NCBI GenBank assembly: GCA_963674745.2
Contig: CAXXDV010000003.1
Span: forward strand, 1,888,001-1,952,000
Length of the DNA stretch: 64,000 nt
Direction of reading: 5' to 3'
DNA from: Desulfosudaceae bacterium
GTDB lineage: Bacteria; Desulfobacterota; Desulfobacteria; Desulfobacterales; Desulfosudaceae
The notes beneath the pieces were generated by a model that ran no database searches, had not been told where the DNA came from, and saw only the letters and a program-made list of their open reading frames with translations. The translations under genes and the position numbers were made by a program. Positions 10,101-18,731 of the stretch are shown here, in pieces; position 1 is the first letter of the stretch, and the number at the start of each line of letters is the position of its first letter.

Positions 10101-11469
10101 CGGCGGCAAACCATTCTACGCCATTGGTAAAACCGAAACCGCCATAGTAAGAGCTTAAGGCGCAAAGCGCGGTCCGCATCATGGCATAATCCATGGAGCG
10201 TGCGGCCAGGCGGTTATTGTCGTGGGTTTCTGAAAAATGAACGGTCAGGCCGTCACTAGCCGATATAGCCATGGTTTCCGGCAGGTAGTGTTCAATCTGG
10301 CCGCGGCTGTAATTCTGAAACAGTTCGGAATAGGCCCAGTTGAAATTGGCCCGGTTCAAAATATCGCGGGTAACGGAAATCTTTCCCCCCAACCCTTCCA
10401 GAAAAAAAATAGCGCCCGGAAACTGCTGCCGGACAATGGCCACGATATAGGTCCAGGCCGGGACAGGTATCATGTACCCGGCGTCACACCTGAAGCCATC
10501 CACGCCCCGACGACACCATGTCAGAAAAACACGGGCAATATAAAGCCAGAGTTCTTTCTTGGCATAATCAAGGCTGGTCAGATCCATCCATTTCACGCCC
10601 CAGGCGCCCGGCACCTGGATTTCACCGTCATCATCCCTGACCAGCCAGTGGGGATGGGTTTCATGGAGATTGGCGGCCCAGCCCATATGGTTGACGGCGA
10701 TATCAAGTATGATTCTGGCGTGACGGGCGTGAACAGCATCCACCAGTTCGGCAAACTGTTCCAGCGGAGTTTTGGTGGGGTCAAATTCGGCCAGGGCGGG
10801 ATCCACACCGGTAAAATTCAAGGCCGCGTAGGGGCTGCCGAATCGGCCCATACGGCCATAGGTCGTCGGGGTGGGGTGGATGGGCAGCAGATGAATGTAA
10901 CGGCAGCCCAATCGATTGATGATGAAATCCAGTTCCTTGATAAGATCACGAAAGGTACCGGATCGGGGGATGACGGAATATTCCCGGGCATCGAGCCTGT
11001 TGAGGCATTCCGATTCTTCCGGTGTCAGCCGGTATTCACCGGCCTTATTGGGCCCGAACTGTCGCACAAAAGCGTTATAAACAATGTTGGCGCAACAGGT
11101 GTCGGCCGGTTCAACATTGATCACCACATTGGGGCCCTCGGGCCAGGAGGGCCGAATGGCCCCTTTTTCCATAAAAAAACATTTGGCCTCGAAATGACCG
11201 ACCTGAACCAGCGGAATGGTGACTTCAAACCGGTCATCTGCAACCCGCCGCATGGGGATATCAAACCACTCCTCACCCAGTGAAGGAATATCATCTTCGA
11301 CACTTCGAATAATGCTTTCCCGGATCAAATCCACATGACCGATATTGGTCCGCAACCAGGCATACCCGGCAGGTTGCTTTGAAACCGTGATGAAAAAAAC
11401 AACCGTGTCTCCCTGAAATCGGATCATCCGTTTGCCGGGGGACGGGGTTTGGGAAATAGTGTATGTCAT
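7180..11469 (-). CDS. multidomain glycogen debranching enzyme (GH13 domain + C-terminal amylo-alpha-1,6-glucosidase)
   Basis: 1429 aa; GSPYA, DGFRCDAG and ETHD (GH13); AGYPWFLDWGRD, TWMD, RPNQL, AYHNGTAW and QAWG (GDE_C). Confidence 0.92.
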   Translation of the reverse strand: MTYTISQTPSPGKRMIRFQGDTVVFFITVSKQPAGYAWLRTNIGHVDLIRESIIRSVEDDIPSLGEEWFDIPMRRVADDRFEVTIPLVQVGHFEAKCFFMEKGAIRPSWPEGPNVVINVEPADTCCANIVYNAFVRQFGPNKAGEYRLTPEESECLNRLDAREYSVIPRSGTFRDLIKELDFIINRLGCRYIHLLPIHPTPTTYGRMGRFGSPYAALNFTGVDPALAEFDPTKTPLEQFAELVDAVHARHARIILDIAVNHMGWAANLHETHPHWLVRDDDGEIQVPGAWGVKWMDLTSLDYAKKELWLYIARVFLTWCRRGVDGFRCDAGYMIPVPAWTYIVAIVRQQFPGAIFFLEGLGGKISVTRDILNRANFNWAYSELFQNYSRGQIEHYLPETMAISASDGLTVHFSETHDNNRLAARSMDYAMMRTALCALSSYYGGFGFTNGVEWFAAEKIDVHESPSLNWGAPENQVDFIRRLTVLLKNHPCFFDAVLLRMIQTGEGNHLVLLRHHQPTGKKLIIVINLDDEQPGRASWIVPPDINRFDYIDLLTGREMTASPVDNTAGCDLAPGQVYCLSTDRADLDLFNVSEDRLMLPDRLLRQRLRAKAMAVFCHYHGTVDVDGFDVEGAAGRFRDDPVDFCRSFASADEESRVITWHWPHDLKREVMIPRGHFLMVRTPMFFRALIVDISDGNDRVIISEESLPAADGGSFILFLPPDMPAAGCHLTLELVSYNDGASGHHRAPLYFLPDPDHINLKSEYSRNDVSRFSPLLLDTNHVGGMLRANVLWGELDSKYDALLAANLNPLFPEDRWIMFTRCRAWTVYQGFSQEICFDCLDAFRVEDGYGVWHYQIPTGQGEWIDLMAGICMAQNQNAVRISFFRKPMDGTTRGLDDDLDVQLILRPDIEDRNFHFLTKAYTGPEYAWPQAVVQEPAAFVFSPDPSRRLRLAVSSGRFVREPEWLYMVHRPLEAERGMEAASDLFSPGYFSIFLKGGQTIHLDAVVNETEAPVYIKERFFESASAVQEPAEEAGLTAVLHANLLKYVVDRGDLKSVIAGYPWFLDWGRDSLIAVRGLIAAGLTTEARKVIKQFGRFEKDGTLPNMIVGDDARNRDTSDAPLWFFTACADMIRLEQSAAFLHEKCGDRTIREILISIAASYIQGTYNHIRVDKASGLVFSPGHFTWMDTDHPACTPRQGYCIEIQALWYAALNLLSGMERGEGGQWREMAERVRASIASLFILENGYLADCLHAEPGQSALQATTDDALRPNQLLAVTLGAVSDKTIGRAVLDACNMLLVPGAIRSLANRPVKYPLTIMHNGRVLNNPHQPYQGKYLGDEDTSRKPAYHNGTAWTWMYPLYCEAWAMIYGTRGKQTARSMLAASVDLMAHGCTGHLPEILDGDFPHTPRGCDAQAWGLSEWCRVWEQLKKT

Positions 11470-11524
11470 TTGTACTAATACCTGTTTTTATCTGATAAGA
11501 TATTCTGTTATTCAATTTTTAAAA

Positions 11525-11564
11525 GGGTTCAAGGGGCCGAGGATTCAAGGGTTCAAGGGGTTAT
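11525..11564. repeat. short 8-bp tandem repeat (GGRTTCAA type)
   Basis: gggttcaa-ggggccga-ggattcaa-gggttcaa-ggggttat. Confidence 0.6.
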
Positions 11565-11573
11565 GGTTTGGGC

Positions 11574-11750
11574 TTAATCGGCCTTTTTGTATATATTTGA
11601 AAGTAATTTTATAAATTCGTCAATATCAGAATTTGATGAAACGGATTGCATGGGATAAAAACCAATGACCAGTTCACCACCATACACATTCCCCATGGTG
11701 ATAAATGGAATCAAAATATATAAAAAGAAAAGCACAACCTTCTTAAGCAT
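11574..11750 (-). CDS. small 58-aa ORF with signal-peptide-like N-terminus (possibly a truncated gene)
   Basis: MLKKVVLFFLYILIPFITMGNVYGGELVIGFYPMQSVSSNSDIDEFIKLLSNIYKKAD; GAGG upstream; below the ORF-track size cutoff. Confidence 0.45.
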   Translation of the reverse strand: MLKKVVLFFLYILIPFITMGNVYGGELVIGFYPMQSVSSNSDIDEFIKLLSNIYKKAD

Positions 11751-11868
11751 TTCTCATAGCCTCTACCAAAGTCCATAACACCTAAAACGCTAAAACCCTA
11801 AAACCCACCTCTTTTAACGACGCCTGCCATTTCCCGGTCCGGTCCCGCGCCAAGCCCGGTTGGCACGC

Positions 11869-11980
11869 TAACCACATAACCACATAACCACATAACCACT
11901 TAATCACTTAATCACTTAATCACATAACCACTTAATCACCTAATCACTTAATCACTTAATCACTTAATCACATAATCACA
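11869..11980. repeat. tandem array of 14 x 8-bp units (TAAYCACH)
   Basis: in-register units taaccaca/taaccact/taatcact/taatcaca/taatcacc, counted directly. Confidence 0.95.
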
Positions 11981-12097
11981 TAAAAACATTATACCTTCTG
12001 ATGCGCCCCCAAAAGACCGATTGCAGTACGAATAAATTTTGACACGGATGTGGCGCGACATCGGGATTGGATTTTTCTACCAGGCCGTCAAATTGAA

Positions 12098-12565
12098 CTA
12101 TTGCTCCTGCTGAAAAGAGGACACTGATTTTTGTTTCGTCTGAAGCATCATATAAGTGGCTGACGCCTTGGCAACAAGCGCGCCCTGCTCATTTCTCACT
12201 TCCGTTTCACCCAGAGCGGTATTGCGCCCCTTGTGAACGATCACGCCTTCGGCGAAAAGCGTTCCTTTTGTAAATAAACTCAGGTAATTAATCTTCATCT
12301 CAACGGTTACAAAATTTTCATTGGATTCGACAAGACCGATCAGGGCCATGGCAACCGCCGAGTCCGCCAACGAAAAAACAGCACCGCCGTGAGCAAAACC
12401 AAACGGATGAACCAACTTTTTGTCAAAGGGCAGTTTAATCCTGGACCAGCCTTTTTTCACATCGACAAGCTCAATGCCGAGAAGTGACCAGTAAAGAGAC
12501 CGGGTCCTCATCGTCTCCTCGATAACGGCTTTTTCTGCCGGATCAAATTCTTCAAACGTTTGCAT
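12098..12565 (-). CDS. PaaI-family hotdog thioesterase
   Basis: AHGGAVFSLADSA and TVEMKINYL motifs. Confidence 0.9.
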   Translation of the reverse strand: MQTFEEFDPAEKAVIEETMRTRSLYWSLLGIELVDVKKGWSRIKLPFDKKLVHPFGFAHGGAVFSLADSAVAMALIGLVESNENFVTVEMKINYLSLFTKGTLFAEGVIVHKGRNTALGETEVRNEQGALVAKASATYMMLQTKQKSVSSFQQEQ

Positions 12566-12595
12566 GTCTTCCTGCCCTTCTTTTTTGAAAAAAAA

Positions 12596-13027
12596 TCACT
12601 CCAGCAGCTCCATTGATTCGTCTTCTGTTTTAAAGAGCTTCCATTCACCCTCGTATTTTTTGAGGGTATGGACGGTTATTGAACGACTATCCTTATAATT
12701 TTCCGGTCCGGAAATCCGTCTGGCTTCCTGAGTGGTCCGGACCCTGGCTTCATTGTCTGAGATATTGAGCACTTCTGTATTGACCAGATCATGTTTCAGT
12801 TCATAAATCTCAAAAATCCTGGGGCACAACAACTCCATTTTTGCGTAACCCGGACTCTCGGGATGAAGCGTGGACAGATAGTCTTCAAGGTTCTCATCCT
12901 GAAGTGCTTTGAGATTTTTCTGGATAACGGTTCTCAGGGCTTCTTCATCGGCCTTTTTGTTGGAGCAACCCGCGGTTATCAATACGGACAGAAGTAAGGC
13001 AGTGACAATGGCGATCACACGGTTCAT
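12596..13027 (-). CDS. lipoprotein, NTF2/SnoaL-like fold
   Basis: lipobox ITAG-C; C-terminal LKKYEGEWKL pattern. Confidence 0.7.
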   Translation of the reverse strand: MNRVIAIVTALLLSVLITAGCSNKKADEEALRTVIQKNLKALQDENLEDYLSTLHPESPGYAKMELLCPRIFEIYELKHDLVNTEVLNISDNEARVRTTQEARRISGPENYKDSRSITVHTLKKYEGEWKLFKTEDESMELLE

Positions 13028-13102
13028 GGCAATAGCTCCTTTTTAATATCGTATATAAGATAAATTTGGTTAAGATAATTGTTAATGGGGCACCCGCGCG
13101 GA

Positions 13103-14230
13103 TCAACCAGCGGCTTTGGCCAGTACGGTTGTGCAGACCTGGTTTCTCCCCCGGGCTTTACCCAGGTAAAGGGCTTTGTCAGCCATGTCCAGGGCCGAAA
13201 GGGTTTCTTCGGCGTCTTCCGGGACTCCGACGACACCGACCGTGATCGTCAAACTGCACGGCCCGAGATTGTCGGCGTCCTCATTAAAATCAATTTTTTC
13301 TACTTCTTTACGGAGTTTTTCACCGACGACGGCGGCCTTGGCCTTGGTGGTTTCCGGAAGCACTACCAAAAATTCTTCACCACCATAACGGGCAACCATA
13401 TCAATCTGCCTTAAGGCGCCCGTAAAGGCCTCGGCCACTTTCTTTAGCGCTTTGTCTCCTCTTAAGTGACCGAAATTATCATTATATTTTTTAAAATGGT
13501 CGATGTCGATCATAAGCAGGGAAAGTTCACGTCCATACCGGCGGCAGCGATACAGTTCCCGTTCGAAGCGTTCAAAAAAATAACGGCGGTTATACAATCC
13601 GGTCAACTCGTCTCTGCGAATCAGCTCCTGTGTCTGCTGAAACGTCATGGCATTGTTGATGGCGATGGCAACATTCTCCGCAACGGCTGTGAAAAGGCGG
13701 TATTCCATCTGGGAAAAACCGTTCACGACCGGTTTGTGGACATTCAGCACGCCCATTATCGAGCTGTTGCCGGTCTTTAACGGAATCCCCAGATAACTGC
13801 CTTCTGTAATTCCGCTGTTGGAAAAATAAAAAAAGTTTTTTTCCACGGTGATGTCATTGATAAGCAGGGGCTCACCACTGGATATGACCCTTCCGGAAAC
13901 ACTTTCAGAAACTTTTATCTCACCACCATTCAGGATACCGTCAGGCATGCCGTGACTGGCCCGGATCTGTAGCGTCTGCATTTCCTTATCAAGAAACATC
14001 AGGCAATACTGATCCACATTCAAAGATTCTCTGATTAAACCAACGACAAGATCAAACAGATCTGAAACATGGAGAGAGGCGCTGAGTGTCCGGCTGACAT
14101 TATAAAGCGTATAAAGCTCCAGAACCCGCTCATTGAGACTGTTATTTGACTTCAATAACGCGACATATTGCTCTTTTAACTCTTCAACAGTGTCAGGGAT
14201 CGGTACATCCCCGAGGTCGACTTCCGTCAT
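13103..14230 (-). CDS. GAF-domain diguanylate cyclase
   Basis: DELTGLYNRR, DIDHFK, RQID I-site five residues before GGEEF. Confidence 0.93.
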   Translation of the reverse strand: MTEVDLGDVPIPDTVEELKEQYVALLKSNNSLNERVLELYTLYNVSRTLSASLHVSDLFDLVVGLIRESLNVDQYCLMFLDKEMQTLQIRASHGMPDGILNGGEIKVSESVSGRVISSGEPLLINDITVEKNFFYFSNSGITEGSYLGIPLKTGNSSIMGVLNVHKPVVNGFSQMEYRLFTAVAENVAIAINNAMTFQQTQELIRRDELTGLYNRRYFFERFERELYRCRRYGRELSLLMIDIDHFKKYNDNFGHLRGDKALKKVAEAFTGALRQIDMVARYGGEEFLVVLPETTKAKAAVVGEKLRKEVEKIDFNEDADNLGPCSLTITVGVVGVPEDAEETLSALDMADKALYLGKARGRNQVCTTVLAKAAG

Positions 14231-14378
14231 TTGCTGCTTCCCCCCATAAAAAAATCAAATACATCTTTTTAATATGGTTTACCCGCTTTTTGCACATCTA
14301 TTCTCAAAACAGAAAGGATGTCAAGAAAATCCTTGATCAAATTAAATGACCGGGCGACAACCCAACCCGTATCGTAAA

Positions 14379-15995
14379 TCACCTGTTTTGAGAGGAATTA
14401 TCACGTATCATACGTTCAATCCGCTTGACCGCCTTACCGTCAAACTGCTTGATGTACCGACTGACGCCGATCCTGAAAAAGGCCGGCATCAATCTTAAGA
14501 ATCGGCTCATATTACCCTGTGCTCCCCTGAAAACAACCCGCAAATAGGTCAGCGGCTCAAACCAAACGGCTGAAATCAACTCGGCCAGCCGCAACAACAG
14601 GCGGAACCTGGGGGTTGACCCATTTTTTGCATACAAAGCCCTCAAACGCCTGATCATGGGCAATGGTAAATATCCGGAAATTCTAATCAATCGATTGAGA
14701 TCGGTTTTTCTGTAATCATGATAATTTCTGATCAGATAGTCGTCATTATGCCGGCCATGCTGACTGACCAGCCGCCGGTACAGGCTTGTTCCGGGATACA
14801 GCACCAGGGAAAACATTTGCAGAAAATAGGGTCTGGGTACGGCGGTCAAGATGTCGACCGTTTCCAGGCGTTCCCCATCTGTTTCAAGCGGGTTGTCCAG
14901 TATCACATCATAGTAGGCGGCCACATTCACTTTGCTGATAATCTTCGCTGCTTTTAAAAAGTCTTTGCTCAGCGACCGCCGGTTGTAAATATCCATCAGG
15001 ACATGGTCACTGCCGCTTTGCAGGCCCATGGAAATCCAGGACAGGCCGGCCGCTTTCAATTGCCGTAACCGTTGCTCCGTAATAAAAGACGGTATGCAGC
15101 GGACAATAAAAGGCCTATGAATGCGCTCCTGGTAGGCAATGCAGAATGCCGTCAGATAAGCATCCGAACAGGCCAGAAAACAGTCATCCTGAAAATTGAT
15201 ATAAGCGATATCCGGATAACCTTCAATGGCGGCTTCGAGTTCGGCGATAATGCTGTCTACCCGCCTGTGCCTGATCACCTTTGAGCCATACATCCGGGTC
15301 AACATCTCGTTACAGCAGTAGGCACAGGCATAGGCACACCCCCTGCTTGCCATAAAGCTGTATACGGTTCCTTTCCAGCGGGCGTATTTTTTAAACAGCA
15401 CTTTATCCAAAGGCAGAATCCGATTGTTATGCCCAATAAAACTATGTTGCGGTATATGGCCGGTAAAAGGCAATCGGTCCAGGTTTTTTATTCGGGGAGA
15501 CGGCGGGGTATTTGTAAGCAGCCCCTTTTCTCTGGTTTGGAATCCACATATATTATTGGTATCACAACCTTTTTTAATCTCCTCCAGGAACTGTACAAGC
15601 GACGACTCCCCTTCTCCAACACAAACAAAATCAGCATGTTCCAGGCACATCTCCGGCGCGATGGTTGGATGAATGCCGCCCCAGACAACCGGGATTTCGA
15701 TTGCTGCCTGTCGGATATGTCCGGTCAGGGCCGCAGCGGCTGAATATTCATGAGACATCAGGCTGATACCGACCACCCGGGGACGGATACGCCGAAAAAA
15801 TGAAAGAGCGGTCTTCATCAACATATGATCACCCGGCAGCAAGCCCGGTAGATATAGTATTGAAGAAGAAAATCCGCTGGTTAGAAGGGTGGCGTGCAAG
15901 CTCTTCAGCCCGATGGTATCAAGATCAATCTGGAGTGAAATCAACAGTATATCCAGGGATGAAGAAACGGTTGGATCATGGCCCGACTCAGTCAC
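14379..15995 (-). CDS. cobalamin-binding radical SAM protein
   Basis: N-terminal GGIHPT/GEGE B12-binding motifs; SRGCAYACAYC. Confidence 0.9.
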   Translation of the reverse strand: MTESGHDPTVSSSLDILLISLQIDLDTIGLKSLHATLLTSGFSSSILYLPGLLPGDHMLMKTALSFFRRIRPRVVGISLMSHEYSAAAALTGHIRQAAIEIPVVWGGIHPTIAPEMCLEHADFVCVGEGESSLVQFLEEIKKGCDTNNICGFQTREKGLLTNTPPSPRIKNLDRLPFTGHIPQHSFIGHNNRILPLDKVLFKKYARWKGTVYSFMASRGCAYACAYCCNEMLTRMYGSKVIRHRRVDSIIAELEAAIEGYPDIAYINFQDDCFLACSDAYLTAFCIAYQERIHRPFIVRCIPSFITEQRLRQLKAAGLSWISMGLQSGSDHVLMDIYNRRSLSKDFLKAAKIISKVNVAAYYDVILDNPLETDGERLETVDILTAVPRPYFLQMFSLVLYPGTSLYRRLVSQHGRHNDDYLIRNYHDYRKTDLNRLIRISGYLPLPMIRRLRALYAKNGSTPRFRLLLRLAELISAVWFEPLTYLRVVFRGAQGNMSRFLRLMPAFFRIGVSRYIKQFDGKAVKRIERMIRDNSSQNR

Positions 15996-16233
15996 GTCTC
16001 ACCTTTTGGAAAAATATTTTTCTTGACTATTTTAAAAAACAAGATTAATATTTAACTATCCAACAATTCTATTCTGTCTTTTTGCAGGCATGATTTTTCT
16101 GACCTTTCTCGCTTCTGATGAATAGTTGAACTTTTTATTATTATCAACCGCCAAGGCAAGAGTCAACGGAAAGTGCTTTAAGTCAGGCAGCGTGGTGACT
16201 GCATTATCAATGACCTTAAGGAGGGGGAAAACC

Positions 16234-16659
16234 ATGGCCAAGATCCTGCCGGAAAACAATACTGCCAGGAACAGGACGTTCATGCCGGGCAGTCTGAAAT
16301 CAGGTGTGACCAAACTCTCCGCGGTTCCAACCGCCAGCAACAGAAGACCGCTTCACACCCGAAGATGCCAGTGCCGGATTTATCGAAAAAACAGTATCCG
16401 GTTCGCGGAACACAATTCAGGACAATTTCATGACGGCGTGATGTATAATGAAAGCACCAACGGTATGTATTTTGAAACGGATATTCAGCTTTCTCCGGGC
16501 TCCCTGATTCATATTAATGTCATCCCCCCGCCTTACCCGGGAACCTGGTCCCCGGACAACATGTACACGGCTGAAATCAGGTGGTGCCGCCCGACAAAAA
16601 CGGAAAGTAATCAACGCTTTGGAATCGGCGTCCGGTTCTGCCCGCCTGTCAAGCATTAA
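16234..16659 (+). CDS. PilZ-domain protein
   Basis: RRPLHTR and NESTNG motifs, C-terminal GIGVRF; start chosen at the ATG after GGAGGGG. Confidence 0.75.
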   Translation: MAKILPENNTARNRTFMPGSLKSGVTKLSAVPTASNRRPLHTRRCQCRIYRKNSIRFAEHNSGQFHDGVMYNESTNGMYFETDIQLSPGSLIHINVIPPPYPGTWSPDNMYTAEIRWCRPTKTESNQRFGIGVRFCPPVKH

Positions 16660-16676
16660 TGGCTTCGTAAAAAGTA

Positions 16677-17315
16677 TTACAGCATGGTCGCCTGCGGTTC
16701 TTTACCCTCCTGATAATCGATAAGCATACCGGCGCCTTTTTTTGCCATACTGCAATTTACCACCAGTGTCCTTCCCAGAAATGCCGCCCCGGCGTTTTCA
16801 TGAATATGCCCGCATATCAGAACGGACGGCTGATATTTAAGCGTCAGCTGACGTAACGCTTTTGAGCCGGACGGAAATCGGCCCATCACCTTGTCAACCG
16901 TGTTGTGTGGCGGCGGATGCGCCACAAGAATGGAGACATCGCTGAAAAAGGTATCCAGCCTGGCAATCATTTTTTTTTCCCTCAAGCACAAACGGGATTC
17001 AAAAGGCAGGAGAAACGTGCCGCTGATACCGCCAAAGCAAATACCCCGGCACTTGACCTTATTTTCATGAAGATGGGTAACATGGGGATATTGATTTAAC
17101 AGATGGTCTGTTTTGCTGCTGTCACTGTTACCTCTGACATAGAATACGGGAACCGGCATGTCGCTCAAATGGCGGGGAACAGTCTTATGAGATCGAAAAC
17201 CACCGATATCACCTGCCATCACGATCAGATCGGCTTGTTTTTCAGCAACATTTCTGCGAATCAACTCAAATCGCTCAGCACTACCGTGAATATCCGCCAC
17301 AGCATAGATCCGCAT
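16677..17315 (-). CDS. calcineurin-like metallophosphoesterase
   Basis: DIHG, GD, GNSD and GHIHE motifs; start at MRIYAVAD. Confidence 0.9.
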   Translation of the reverse strand: MRIYAVADIHGSAERFELIRRNVAEKQADLIVMAGDIGGFRSHKTVPRHLSDMPVPVFYVRGNSDSSKTDHLLNQYPHVTHLHENKVKCRGICFGGISGTFLLPFESRLCLREKKMIARLDTFFSDVSILVAHPPPHNTVDKVMGRFPSGSKALRQLTLKYQPSVLICGHIHENAGAAFLGRTLVVNCSMAKKGAGMLIDYQEGKEPQATML

Positions 17316-17331
17316 CAAACAATCGGCCCCA

Positions 17332-17703
17332 TCAACTCGATTTCCCATCCAGAATAGCCAGAGCTTCCTCCATGCTGTTAACACTCCGGGCATGATAACC
17401 GACATCCATGGAGGACTTGTCAAACTGAAAATGTCCCAATGCACCGAATTTCTTAACAACACGGACTACATTGGCCAAACCGATGCCGACAAGGTACTCC
17501 TGGATCTCTTTTATGTTAGCTTCCAGACTTTCATCAACCAGTTCATATTCACGTAAATCCGTAAGACAATTAAAACCCGGCACCAGATCCTGACAGTCAC
17601 ACTTGATCTTTTCTCCCAACTGTTCAATTTCTTCGGGACCTTCAAGCTTCCCAAGTGTAAGGTAAAGCCTGTTTTTCTGTTTATCTGCCATCACGTGATA
17701 CAT
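17332..17703 (-). CDS. hypothetical protein (STAS/SpoIIAA-like pattern)
   Basis: 123 aa with GGAGG RBS; LTDLRE and C-terminal SMEEALAIL pattern. Confidence 0.6.
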   Translation of the reverse strand: MYHVMADKQKNRLYLTLGKLEGPEEIEQLGEKIKCDCQDLVPGFNCLTDLREYELVDESLEANIKEIQEYLVGIGLANVVRVVKKFGALGHFQFDKSSMDVGYHARSVNSMEEALAILDGKSS

Positions 17704-17744
17704 AGCCCCTCCACAGACATACAGTTTCCATTCAACGATTTAAG

Positions 17745-18536
17745 CTACGCTTTAAGGCATCGCAACCGGGCCAATTCCTCGGCATATCCATAAAGGTGAA
17801 GCCCCTTACTCTCAATAATCATTTCACCGTCTTCCACGCCTATCGCAGTCGCCATGTATTCCTTTAGGTTCTGAATACCGGCCAGATTGGCCGGCATACC
17901 ACTCCACAGGTCCCAGGAGCGGAAATAAACAAAAAAAATCAACTTCCCGTCCTGGATTCTGGTATCAATAGAACGCAAGCAGGGAGGGTCGAGCAGAATA
18001 AGATCAGATGGATCAGCCACCTGCAACACCATCTGATTGTTACGGGCACCAAATTTTTTGTACGTATCGATCACCCATTCAATCTGATTGATATACAACC
18101 GACCGTCTTCTTCAAAAATGATCTTTCCGTCAGGCTCTCTAAAATCAACAATATCAACATCCCTGGTTTGCCACCACTGGAGTTTGTCACCATAAACAGG
18201 GGCCTTGGTCAATCTTTCCCCGTAAGTGTAAGATTCACCCGGTTCTTTTCTCGGTGTCATTAAATATTCAATATATGCCCGATCATATCCTTCGCCCCCA
18301 TATACATAAGCCTCTTCCACGGGATTGGGTATACCGCAGGAAGGCGGAATGTCAGGCAACAAGGGCCTGGTACCCGGATGACTGATATAACCGGTAAAAT
18401 AATCATATTCCAGTCGGGTCTGGCCGGAAAAAGAGCCGCGATCGATTGTAAATCGATTACCTTTATCTAAAATATCATAAACCGCCTGGAACCAGAGATC
18501 CGGTAAATCCCTGGCATTCACCCCATGAATACGCAT
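17745..18536 (-). CDS. thyA: thymidylate synthase, divergent/archaeal-like
   Basis: YTYGERL, PPC (catalytic Cys), FRSWD, PAN and LHLY motifs. Confidence 0.8.
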   Translation of the reverse strand: MRIHGVNARDLPDLWFQAVYDILDKGNRFTIDRGSFSGQTRLEYDYFTGYISHPGTRPLLPDIPPSCGIPNPVEEAYVYGGEGYDRAYIEYLMTPRKEPGESYTYGERLTKAPVYGDKLQWWQTRDVDIVDFREPDGKIIFEEDGRLYINQIEWVIDTYKKFGARNNQMVLQVADPSDLILLDPPCLRSIDTRIQDGKLIFFVYFRSWDLWSGMPANLAGIQNLKEYMATAIGVEDGEMIIESKGLHLYGYAEELARLRCLKA

Positions 18537-18731
18537 TACATCTCCTGTTCAGTATTTTTTATGGATGGACACTAACTACAATCATCGAATTATTTACGCT
18601 ATACCCTAAACACTGTTTGCGGTCAAGTTTTTCAACACTTGTGTCATCATTTTCATAAATTTTCTGTTGCCTGATTATTCTTTTTAAGGCTATAATAAAT
18701 TCTTTATAATACTATATAATATGGAATTACC

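Noticed and set aside
10237..11283. 348-aa + strand ORF
   Set aside because: Antisense shadow of the debranching enzyme; no recognisable motifs
11869..11980. Possible CRISPR array
   Set aside because: 8-bp contiguous units with no unique spacers; no cas genes
16126..16233. Longer N-terminus for the PilZ ORF
   Set aside because: TTG start without an RBS; the ATG at 16234 has a strong RBS
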